Positions 8,009 to 16,052 of a stretch of DNA of 18,623 nucleotides are shown piece after piece. This stretch comes from a bacterium. Its GTDB lineage: Bacteria; SZUA-182; DTGQ01; JAFGSM01. Location of the stretch: positions 1 through 18,623 of the forward strand of contig JBLIRN010000053.1 in NCBI GenBank assembly GCA_049472315.1, written 5' to 3'. Numbering within the stretch: position 1 is the stretch's first letter; each line of letters begins with the position of its first letter. The notes beneath the pieces were generated by a model that saw nothing but the letters and a program-made list of their open reading frames with translations, ran no database searches and was not told the DNA's origin. Made by a program: the position numbers and the translations under genes.

Positions 8009-8380
8009 ATGTCAAAAAGGGATACAAAAAAAGAGAGACGGAAACATCGCAGGATGTACGCGGAAATACCTGTGGAAATCGCCTCCCTCTCCTTCAAATT
8101 CTCAAGCACTGACTCCCAGTGCAGGGTGGTCAACATAAGCTGCTCGGGAGTCTACTGCCTGGTTGACCGTTTCTTCCCCCTATTCACCACATTACTTGTT
8201 TCCTTCCGCCTCAAGCCATCCGCAAAGGAACAATCCGGTGAGGATATGATCACCTGCCGGGGGGTTGTGGTGAGGACCGAGCCTTCTCATCCAATCAAGG
8301 GTTGCCGGGAATATCACATCGCCGTTTTCGTCCCGAGCGGCATTCCCATCGATACCCTCTCGGACGTCACGATAAACTGA
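8009..8380 (+). CDS. Stand-alone PilZ domain protein (c-di-GMP receptor)
   Basis: ERRKHRR (RxxxR) and VNISCSG ([D/N]xSxxG) motifs, GVVVR strand; 123 aa. Confidence 0.88.
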   Translation: MSKRDTKKERRKHRRMYAEIPVEIASLSFKFSSTDSQCRVVNISCSGVYCLVDRFFPLFTTLLVSFRLKPSAKEQSGEDMITCRGVVVRTEPSHPIKGCREYHIAVFVPSGIPIDTLSDVTIN

Positions 8381-8381
8381 T

Positions 8382-10190
8382 ATGCCTCAAAAGATAAAGG
8401 TCTTGCCTGAAAACCTATCAAACATGATCGCCGCCGGCGAGGTTGTCGAACGTCCCGCATCGGTGGTCAAGGAGCTCATCGAGAATGCCGTCGATGCAGG
8501 TGCGGATCGAATCGAGGTCATCTGCCAGGGAAGCGGCAAGAGGTACATTCGCGTACTGGACAACGGCCACGGAATGACCTATGACGATGCGCTCCTGTGC
8601 CTGGAAAGACATGCCACCAGCAAGATAGAGCACGAAAAGGACCTGGAATCCATCTTCACCCTCGGATTCAGGGGCGAGGCCCTTCCCAGTATCGCGGCGG
8701 TATCGGAAATGACTCTCACCACACGACCTGCCTCCTCCCCGTCGGCAACCCGGATCGTCATCAAATCAGGGGTGATCAGGGAGGTCACCACCACCGGGGC
8801 GCCCATCGGCACCATGGTGGAGGTCAAGGGCCTCTTTTCCCAGGTTCCCGCCCGGGCAAAATTTCTCCGATCGCCACAAACGGAGCTGAGTCACATCATC
8901 CAGACGGTCATCCGGCAATCCATTCCCCGGCCTGAGGTCTCATTCATCCTCTCCCATGAGGGTCATACCATGCTCCACATGGTCAAGGCACCCGACCTGC
9001 AGCAAAGGTTGGTGCAGATCATGGGCACGGAGGTGACGGATGAAATGCACGAGGTCAAAAGGGCAACGGATGGCGTGGACATCAAAGGCCTTATCTCCAG
9101 GGCCGAGTTCCATCGGTCCAATCTCCTGGGCCAATATCTTTACGTAAACGGACGGTTCATAAAGAGCCCGGTCATTCAAAAGACCATCCATGGCATCTAT
9201 CGTCACCACCTTCCCCGACAGCGGTATCCCTTCTTTTGTATCTTGATCGACATCGATCCCAAGCGGGTGGACGTCAACGTGCATCCCACAAAACTGGAGG
9301 TGCGATTCGACAATCCCTCAAAGATCGTGGATATCATAACCACGACCATCCGGGAGGCCATCGATTCCCCCAGGCGATGGGCACCCTCCTCATCCCCGCT
9401 CCACGAAAGGGGCGAACAATCATCGGAGCCGATCAAGGGTGACGGCCCAGCGGTTCGCCCACCCCGGCCCGCGCCCCCGTTCTCCGCCAGTACCCCACGC
9501 ACCCAGGCCCCCCTGCTCAAGGAGCAGAACAAACGTGAGTATCTTCCCGCGCACACCACCCAGCCCGATTCCTCCTCCCCCCCCTTTGAGGCGGCCGACC
9601 AGGGCCCTATGGAGGGACTCCTTCCCCTGGGGCCCTTTATTCAAATCGACGACTCGTACATCCTCTATGAGACCAGCGACGGGATTCTCGTTATCGATCA
9701 GCACGCGGCCCATGAGCGAATCAATTATGAGAGAATCAAATCCTCGCTCCTTGCGAAAAAGACGCCCAGACAGAATCTGCTCAACCATCCCCTCATAACG
9801 GTCAGCCCCGAAGAGGATGCCTTGATGGCACGGATCATCCCGGTGCTGCACGACCTCGGTTTCACCCTGGAACCGTTCGGAACGAGGACCTATATCCTCC
9901 GCTCGGTCCCTGTCTATCTCGACACCGACCCCACTCAGGTCCTCCAGGCGATTACCCAGAAACTCCTGGAATATCGCCCTGCCCAGGGGAAGGAGGATCT
10001 CATCGATCCGCTGAGTGCCACCCTGGCATGCCACCTCTCAGTAAGGGCCCATCAGCCCCTCAAGCCGCAGGAAATTCAGCAGTTGATCCAAGACCTGCTC
10101 GCCACCGAACATCCCTTCTCCTGCCCCCACGGCCGGCCCACCCTTTTCCGCATCAGCAAAAGGGAGATAGAAAAGAATTTCGGGAGGTAG
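8382..10190 (+). CDS. mutL: DNA mismatch repair endonuclease MutL
   Basis: IAAGEVVERPASVVKELIENAVDAGA, GFRGEALPSI, DVNVHPTKLEV; endonuclease motifs DQHAAHERINYE, ACH, CPHGRP (MutH-independent type). Confidence 0.98.
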   Translation: MPQKIKVLPENLSNMIAAGEVVERPASVVKELIENAVDAGADRIEVICQGSGKRYIRVLDNGHGMTYDDALLCLERHATSKIEHEKDLESIFTLGFRGEALPSIAAVSEMTLTTRPASSPSATRIVIKSGVIREVTTTGAPIGTMVEVKGLFSQVPARAKFLRSPQTELSHIIQTVIRQSIPRPEVSFILSHEGHTMLHMVKAPDLQQRLVQIMGTEVTDEMHEVKRATDGVDIKGLISRAEFHRSNLLGQYLYVNGRFIKSPVIQKTIHGIYRHHLPRQRYPFFCILIDIDPKRVDVNVHPTKLEVRFDNPSKIVDIITTTIREAIDSPRRWAPSSSPLHERGEQSSEPIKGDGPAVRPPRPAPPFSASTPRTQAPLLKEQNKREYLPAHTTQPDSSSPPFEAADQGPMEGLLPLGPFIQIDDSYILYETSDGILVIDQHAAHERINYERIKSSLLAKKTPRQNLLNHPLITVSPEEDALMARIIPVLHDLGFTLEPFGTRTYILRSVPVYLDTDPTQVLQAITQKLLEYRPAQGKEDLIDPLSATLACHLSVRAHQPLKPQEIQQLIQDLLATEHPFSCPHGRPTLFRISKREIEKNFGR

Positions 10191-10192
10191 CG

Positions 10193-11131
10193 GTGAACAC
10201 CATCCCTCCGCTTCTTGTCATCGCAGGTCCCACAGCCACGGGGAAATCAAGGCTGGCCCTCCATTGCGCCCGGCAGTGGGGTGCGGAAATCATCAGCGCG
10301 GACTCCCGTCAAATATACCGCCACCTGGATATCGGCACGGGAAAACCCACCCCCGAGGAGCGTGCCCTGGTCCCCCACCACATGATCGATATTGTGGAGC
10401 CCGACCAGCCTTACAGCGCGGGGGAATACGGAAGATCAGCCCGCTCGATCATCGACGCCCTCCACACACAGGGAACACTCCCCATGCTGGTCGGAGGCAC
10501 CGGTCTGTATATTCGTGCGGTGATTGACGGCCTCGCGCCCTCCCCTCCAAGTGACCCCCGCGTCAAGGAAGATCTGCTGAGGAGGGTGGAAAGGGAGGGT
10601 ATACACACCCTGCACCGGGAGCTCATGGAGGTGGATCCCCGCATCGCAAAACGGCTCCACCCCAATGACCGCCAGAGGATTCTTCGCGCGATCGAGGTCT
10701 TTCGGATCAGCGGAAGGAGATTATCCGATTTCCACCAGGATACCGGCGGAGACCCCAGATATCGGACCATCTTCTTTGTCCTCTCCCGCCCGCGCCCGGA
10801 GCTCTACGAGTTGATCGATACAAGGATCGATGACATGTTCGCACAGGGTCTGATCGAGGAGGTACAATACCTCATCGAAAAGGGGTATACCCCTGATCAC
10901 CCGGGGATGCAAAGCATCGGCTACTCCCGCCTGTACGACCACCTTACGGGGAGAATATCCCTTGCAGAGGCGCGTTTCGCCATGAAACAAGATACCCAAC
11001 GATATGCCAAAAGGCAGATGACATGGTTCCGGAAGGAGACCAGGGCGCACCGGCTGGACGTGCCTGCAGGAGGGGATGTGCTGGATATGGTTTCCGTACT
11101 CGAAAGGGCGATACGCTGTGAACGGGCTTAA
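10193..11131 (+). CDS. miaA: tRNA dimethylallyltransferase MiaA
   Basis: GPTATGKS, ISADSRQIY, DIGTGKP, VGGTGLY, YAKRQMTWF; GTG start at 10193 with GGGAGG SD, 2 nt after mutL stop. Confidence 0.97.
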   Translation: MNTIPPLLVIAGPTATGKSRLALHCARQWGAEIISADSRQIYRHLDIGTGKPTPEERALVPHHMIDIVEPDQPYSAGEYGRSARSIIDALHTQGTLPMLVGGTGLYIRAVIDGLAPSPPSDPRVKEDLLRRVEREGIHTLHRELMEVDPRIAKRLHPNDRQRILRAIEVFRISGRRLSDFHQDTGGDPRYRTIFFVLSRPRPELYELIDTRIDDMFAQGLIEEVQYLIEKGYTPDHPGMQSIGYSRLYDHLTGRISLAEARFAMKQDTQRYAKRQMTWFRKETRAHRLDVPAGGDVLDMVSVLERAIRCERA

Positions 11132-11188
11132 AAATGTGGGGGCCGTATAACGCCGGTGGCTTCCGGAACTCCCGGACAATTGAGGGGG

Positions 11189-12067
11189 CTATGAGGGAAG
11201 CCTTTTCCCCATGATGTATTCCTCAAGGGTCTTGTTGACCCGGGCGAGCTCTTCCGATTTCCGTTTTGTCTCCTCAAGGAGGGCATTGATTCTATCCTCG
11301 GCCTTCTTGCGCTCCGTGATATCCATGAATACGCAGCCCAGTCCGATTATCTGATCCTGATCATTCCGGATGTCGAAAAAGGAAGCCAGCGTGGCCCTCT
11401 TCTCGCCGTTTTTGGCAACAAGGATCAGCTCCTTGCTGGAGACCTCCCCCTTGTCCCTCAGGGAGGCGGTGATGGATTCGAACTCCTCCGGGTTTTCCAG
11501 CAATGTCGAGAAAAACCGCTGTGACAGCTCGATTTCCTGGTAGCCCATGATCGACTGTGTGGCAGGGTTATATGAGGATATCCTGAACTGATTGTCCAGG
11601 ATCATGATTGCATCCGATGATGCCAGAAAGAGGTTCCGGAACCGCTCCTCGGATTCCTTGAGCTGCGCCTGGAGGATGGTCCTTTCCTTTCTCAGGCGGT
11701 ATCGTTCGACACAGTCGCTGGCGGTATACGGAACCCGGCTGAAATAATCCTCCGTCTTTATGATGTAATCGAATGCACCCAGCTTCATTGCCTCCACCGC
11801 CACCTTCTCGTTGCCGTGTCCCGTGACGATGATCACCGGAATGTCCAGCCCCATTTTCACGATCTGCTTCATGACATCCAATCCGTTGAGTTTCGGCAGG
11901 GAATAGTCCAGGATAATCAAGTCATACTGAGGGTTTTCCTTAAGGGCATTGAGGCAGGCCTCACCATTTCCGATGAGGTACACGGAGGCATCCTTGATAT
12001 TCTTTTCCAGGCTCCTGATGGTCAGTTTTGCGTGGACATCCTCATCTTCGACCAACAAAATCTTCAT
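11189..12067 (-). CDS. Receiver (REC) + PAS protein ending in a coiled coil, no output domain
   Basis: KILLVEDE...IILDYSLP...VTG...IIK receiver motifs; ESEERFRNLF...DAIMILD...NPA...MGY...DITERK PAS/PAC; short helical tail. Confidence 0.9.
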   Translation of the reverse strand: MKILLVEDEDVHAKLTIRSLEKNIKDASVYLIGNGEACLNALKENPQYDLIILDYSLPKLNGLDVMKQIVKMGLDIPVIIVTGHGNEKVAVEAMKLGAFDYIIKTEDYFSRVPYTASDCVERYRLRKERTILQAQLKESEERFRNLFLASSDAIMILDNQFRISSYNPATQSIMGYQEIELSQRFFSTLLENPEEFESITASLRDKGEVSSKELILVAKNGEKRATLASFFDIRNDQDQIIGLGCVFMDITERKKAEDRINALLEETKRKSEELARVNKTLEEYIMGKRLPS

Positions 12068-12248
12068 GTCCTCGACCCCCTTATCGAACGCTTGATCAAT
12101 GAACCCGTGCCCATCCTTATATGCACCGGGGAATCCAGCAGCCCCCGTCTCCCCTTCCCATCACTGATGCAAAGGGTTCTTACAGGTTTATCATAAATGA
12201 AATCCGATCAGTAAACAAGGGGTATACCGCCGGGAATTCACGGATCCG

Positions 12249-12986
12249 TTATTCCATCTCAAAGGTGTCCTGTTCGTGGCATTCCGAACAATCCTTGCCG
12301 TACTCCCCGTCATGCGGATCCTCGTGGCACCTATTGCAGGTGAAATCGACCCCCTTGTACCGAATGGCCAATCCCTTTTCAGAGGGGTATTCCGCATATT
12401 CCATGGTATGGCAGTCATGACATAAAAGATCGAGGTGCTTGCCCTTGGGGCTCTTCTCCGATTCCTTGTGCTGATACGCAATCACCTTGAAGCTCTCCTC
12501 ACCATGGCACTGGTCGCACCGGTCACCCAACTGCCCCAGGTGAACATCAAAGTGACAGTTGATACACCTGGTCTTGTCGAGCAGATAGGAATCCTCGGCA
12601 TGGCAGGCAATGCACTTCAACTGGGCGTGTTTTTCGTTGAGGGGCCATCCCGTTTCTGCATGATCGAATGATTCGATATCCAGATGGACCAGACTGTATG
12701 ATGCACCATGGTGCTCCGAGTGGCAATGGGCACATTCACGGGGAACCCGGGCATGATACCCTATATTTTCCTCGATCAACGCCTTTATCTCCTGATGGCA
12801 AAACAGGCACTTGTCATTGTCCAGTTTCTCCCCCGGGGTATGACATGCCCCGCATTCCCCCGATTCCTCGAGTTCCTGGTGAGCCGAGGAGAGCACCCCA
12901 TGGGAGAAAAGCTTCGACCACTTAATGGTAAATCCCGCGTATACAATACCAATGATGATTATAAGTAGTATGACCATCCTTTTCAT
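12249..12986 (-). CDS. Exported/membrane-anchored nine-haem c-type cytochrome
   Basis: Nine CxxCH motifs (CGACH, CLFCH, CAHCH, CIACH, CINCH, CDQCH, CHDCH, CNRCH, CSECH), N-terminal hydrophobic segment; ATG 12986 overlaps upstream stop (TAATG). Confidence 0.93.
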   Translation of the reverse strand: MKRMVILLIIIIGIVYAGFTIKWSKLFSHGVLSSAHQELEESGECGACHTPGEKLDNDKCLFCHQEIKALIEENIGYHARVPRECAHCHSEHHGASYSLVHLDIESFDHAETGWPLNEKHAQLKCIACHAEDSYLLDKTRCINCHFDVHLGQLGDRCDQCHGEESFKVIAYQHKESEKSPKGKHLDLLCHDCHTMEYAEYPSEKGLAIRYKGVDFTCNRCHEDPHDGEYGKDCSECHEQDTFEME

Positions 12987-13870
12987 TAGAAGATCCACCT
13001 ATACCCCCAATAAACGGTGACAAGGATATGAAGAAACGCCATAAAAAACAGGGCATAACTGCATGCCTTGTGAATGAACTCCCACTTGTTGAGCACGGAA
13101 AGGTAGAGATCCAATACCGAGATATAGCGTATCTCGCGAAGCCTCTTGATCAACTCATCCCCGCGCTTATGCAACTCGCTGTATTCGGTGTACTCGATGT
13201 CGTCGTACTTCTCATTGAGGAGATCGAGGAGCTGTCCGGTCTCCTTCTTGATGAAACGCCACTGTTTTATCGTATCGATGAGCCCCGAGGTGCAGGGGAA
13301 TCCCGGCGGCCTCAGGTCCATGATCCTCCTGACTATGGGAGATATTGCACTGTCCTGCTTCAGGTCCTTTTCTATATAGATGTCCACCAGGTGCATCGGC
13401 TCGTATATCTTGGAAATGCCCCAGAAGCAATAGCCAAACAGCAAGCGCCCGAAGAAGCCGGAGACGATCACCAGCACCATCAGCCAGAAGGCGATACCAA
13501 TGAACCCGGTCAATGCATAGGTGGAATGGAAGAAGATGAGTATAGGACCAAGAATGCCGAAGAATATGTGTATCTCCAGCCACAAGGAGAGAGGACCCAG
13601 AAATTCGAGGGATTCGAGCCTCTTCCTCAGGAAATACAAGAGGAAGGAGAGGACCATCAAGATGGTCCCAATGACCCCTAATCCATGGCTGATATTCCCG
13701 GATGGTTTGAACTGCTCATGGAGGGCAACATCGAGGTGACGTTCGACGGCGGGGGTGGAAATGTATGGCTTATACATGGTATAGAGGTATACGGAAATGA
13801 TGATGACAAGCAGAATCCATGCAATACGAAAAATCAGAAGGCCGTTGTTGTAAAGTCTGTTTTCAGGCAT
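12986..13870 (-). CDS. Integral membrane protein, putative di-haem cytochrome b (ferric-reductase-like TM)
   Basis: About 5 TM segments; two helices each carry H-x13-H (WLEIHIFFGILGPILIFFH; WEFIHKACSYALFFMAFLH); ATG 13870 with GAGGAG SD overlapping upstream stop. Confidence 0.8.
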   Translation of the reverse strand: MPENRLYNNGLLIFRIAWILLVIIISVYLYTMYKPYISTPAVERHLDVALHEQFKPSGNISHGLGVIGTILMVLSFLLYFLRKRLESLEFLGPLSLWLEIHIFFGILGPILIFFHSTYALTGFIGIAFWLMVLVIVSGFFGRLLFGYCFWGISKIYEPMHLVDIYIEKDLKQDSAISPIVRRIMDLRPPGFPCTSGLIDTIKQWRFIKKETGQLLDLLNEKYDDIEYTEYSELHKRGDELIKRLREIRYISVLDLYLSVLNKWEFIHKACSYALFFMAFLHILVTVYWGYRWIF

Positions 13871-15074
13871 TTTTCTCCTCTGCTTCACCAAGGGAATATT
13901 TCAAAAGTTCTCTCAATTCGACATTGATCGATCCCTTATTCTTCGAAAGAAACTTTTGTATGGTCATCACCTGCAAGGCCCCGGTGGGGCAATTGCTCAC
14001 GCATGCCCTTGTACTGTACTCGGCACACCCATCACACTTTATGGCGATGCGAGCCTTCCGTCTCTTCATGATATTGTTGTCGATGTACTCGAGGGTGATG
14101 GCATCGGTCGGACAAATCTTCGCACACTCACCGCACCCGGTGCAGGTATCGGAGAGTTCCATGAAGGGTGTGCCGATCCTTCGCCGAACCCCGCGCTCTG
14201 AAAAACAGATCGCGTTGGCGCCGATCACCTCTTCGCACACGCGAATACAAAGCCCGCAGAGTATGCATTTGTCAGGGTCACGCCGCGGGCTGAAACGGCT
14301 CTCTTCAAGGCCCATCTCACGGGCCATGTCCCTGATCAATTCAGACTCGGGGCACCGGGCCATGAGCAGTTCCAGGATCATGCGCCGGTACTTCTCGATT
14401 TTTTCCGAGGTGGTTTTCACCGCGATGCCCTCCTGCACCGGATATACGCAGGAAGGGACACGTCGGGTGCGATTTCCCCGTGTCACCTCCACGATGCACA
14501 ATCGGCACACCCCAACCGTGCTCACCGACTGGTGGTAACATAGCCGGGGGATCTTGATACCGTAGCGGTCTGCGACCTCGATGAGGGTCTCCCCCTTCTT
14601 GCCGACCACCCGTTCCCCGTTGATGCTGAATTCGATCAGTTCCTCCTTTGGCCGGTATTCAAGGACAACCCGTTCCTCCATACTCGGGTGCTTCTTGAGG
14701 TAGTCCTTGATCGCGATGAGAAGCCGGCTCGTGTAATCCTCCGTCTTGATGATACAATCCGTGGCACCCATCCGCACCACATCCTCGGCAATACCCTCAT
14801 TCCTCAGGCTGACCAGCATGATCACCGGCTTTCTGAACCGGTATGTCTGCCTGATCTGTCTCAATGCTTGTCTGCCCTCCATTTCAGGCAAATCGTTGTC
14901 CATGATGATCAGATCGTATCCTGTAGATTTACCCAGACGGTCAAAGCACTGCTCCGCCGTATTGATATGCTCGATCACAAAGGATTCGTCAAATGCATGG
15001 ATCTCCTTCTTCATCAACTGGGCATGGATAGGGTCGTCCTCGACCATTAAAATCGTTACCATCGGCTTTTCCAT
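13863..15074 (-). CDS. Fusion: receiver domain + NuoG/HydA-N-terminal-like Fe-S module ([2Fe-2S], 2x[4Fe-4S]) + orphan ferredoxin Cys group
   Basis: REC (MVEDD...IIMDNDLP...IIK); IPRLCYH...GVCRLCIVEV...PSC; CILCGLCIRVC and CTGCGECAKICP; extra KCDGCAEYSTRACVSNCPTGAL. No H-cluster or molybdopterin domain. Confidence 0.9.
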   Translation of the reverse strand: MEKPMVTILMVEDDPIHAQLMKKEIHAFDESFVIEHINTAEQCFDRLGKSTGYDLIIMDNDLPEMEGRQALRQIRQTYRFRKPVIMLVSLRNEGIAEDVVRMGATDCIIKTEDYTSRLLIAIKDYLKKHPSMEERVVLEYRPKEELIEFSINGERVVGKKGETLIEVADRYGIKIPRLCYHQSVSTVGVCRLCIVEVTRGNRTRRVPSCVYPVQEGIAVKTTSEKIEKYRRMILELLMARCPESELIRDMAREMGLEESRFSPRRDPDKCILCGLCIRVCEEVIGANAICFSERGVRRRIGTPFMELSDTCTGCGECAKICPTDAITLEYIDNNIMKRRKARIAIKCDGCAEYSTRACVSNCPTGALQVMTIQKFLSKNKGSINVELRELLKYSLGEAEEKNA

Positions 15075-15159
15075 GACCTCACCTCTTTATTCCTCCTTAA
15101 TTCCGGAATGGCATGCTGTTAGAGGGCCAATACTCTCACATGATAGACGAGTATCGGCG

Positions 15160-16017
15160 TTAAGAAAATTTGCTCAGGATCAGGTTGATCTTATCAGGGG
15201 TCACCTTCCCGAAATACTCTCCGTCAATGACGATAACCGGACCCAAGGCGCATGCCCCCAGACAGTTGACCGTTTCCAGGGTGAATTTCAAATCCGGTGT
15301 AGTGCCGCCGGCCCTTATTTTGAGAGACCTTTCGAGCTCTTCCAGGATCTTCCCCGCACCCCTTACATGGCAAGCGGTTCCCATACATACATGAATGGTA
15401 TGCCTGCCCCGGGGGGTAAGACTGAAGGCGGCGTAAAAGGTGACCACATTATAGATCCGATTCAGGGGCACGCCGATGCTGATCGAGAGTGCCACCAATG
15501 CCTCCTTGGGCAGATAATTGAATACACCCTGGATGTCCTGGAGCATGCCGATCAGAAAACTCGGGTTTCGCTGGTATTTCCGGACGATCCCCTCGATTTT
15601 CCCGGTGTCGATTCCGGGTTCCTTCTTTTCTTCCACCGGCTTTACGGTTTTCAATCCCAAAATGGAAAGGAATTTCTCCTTGACGGAGGCCTCGGTATCC
15701 TGACCGGAAAACACGAGGATTGCATTGTAGGGACAGCTCCTCATACATAAGCCGCACCCCACGCAATTGGCGGTTACGACAATGTTTCCCTCCTCGTCAC
15801 GTTCGACCCCACCCCGGTTGCACGCCTCGATGCACCTCGGATCCCTGCAGATCCTGCACAGGTTGGGTACAAGGCTGATCCCGATGAGCGCGGAGCGTTC
15901 TCTTACGTGCCTCGACACATCCTTGTGCCTGCGCTTGCACGCATCGATACAGTTCGCGCAATTGAGACAATGCTTGATATTACAGACGACTATCGATGTT
16001 TTTTCCATTGTGCTCAT
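15160..16017 (-). CDS. Fusion: three Cys groups of a DmsB-type ferredoxin + NuoE/HydC [2Fe-2S] subunit
   Basis: CLNCANCIDAC, CRICRDPRCIEAC, CVGCGLCMRSCP; then LIGMLQDIQGVFNYLP...VVTFY...VCMGTACHVRG...VNCLGACALGP. Confidence 0.9.
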   Translation of the reverse strand: MSTMEKTSIVVCNIKHCLNCANCIDACKRRHKDVSRHVRERSALIGISLVPNLCRICRDPRCIEACNRGGVERDEEGNIVVTANCVGCGLCMRSCPYNAILVFSGQDTEASVKEKFLSILGLKTVKPVEEKKEPGIDTGKIEGIVRKYQRNPSFLIGMLQDIQGVFNYLPKEALVALSISIGVPLNRIYNVVTFYAAFSLTPRGRHTIHVCMGTACHVRGAGKILEELERSLKIRAGGTTPDLKFTLETVNCLGACALGPVIVIDGEYFGKVTPDKINLILSKFS

Positions 16018-16052
16018 TACTCCACAGAGGGTTCATCTGAAATCCTGATCCG

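Noticed and set aside
10028..10192. 55-aa N-terminal extension of MiaA in the ORF track
   Set aside because: Overlaps the mutL 3' end; GTG at 10193 with SD gives a normal-length MiaA.
15075..15162. Frameshift or readthrough joining Fd-NuoE and REC-NuoG into one protein
   Set aside because: NuoE ends at its normal C-terminus with TAA, the 85-nt gap changes frame, and the next gene has its own strong SD and ATG.
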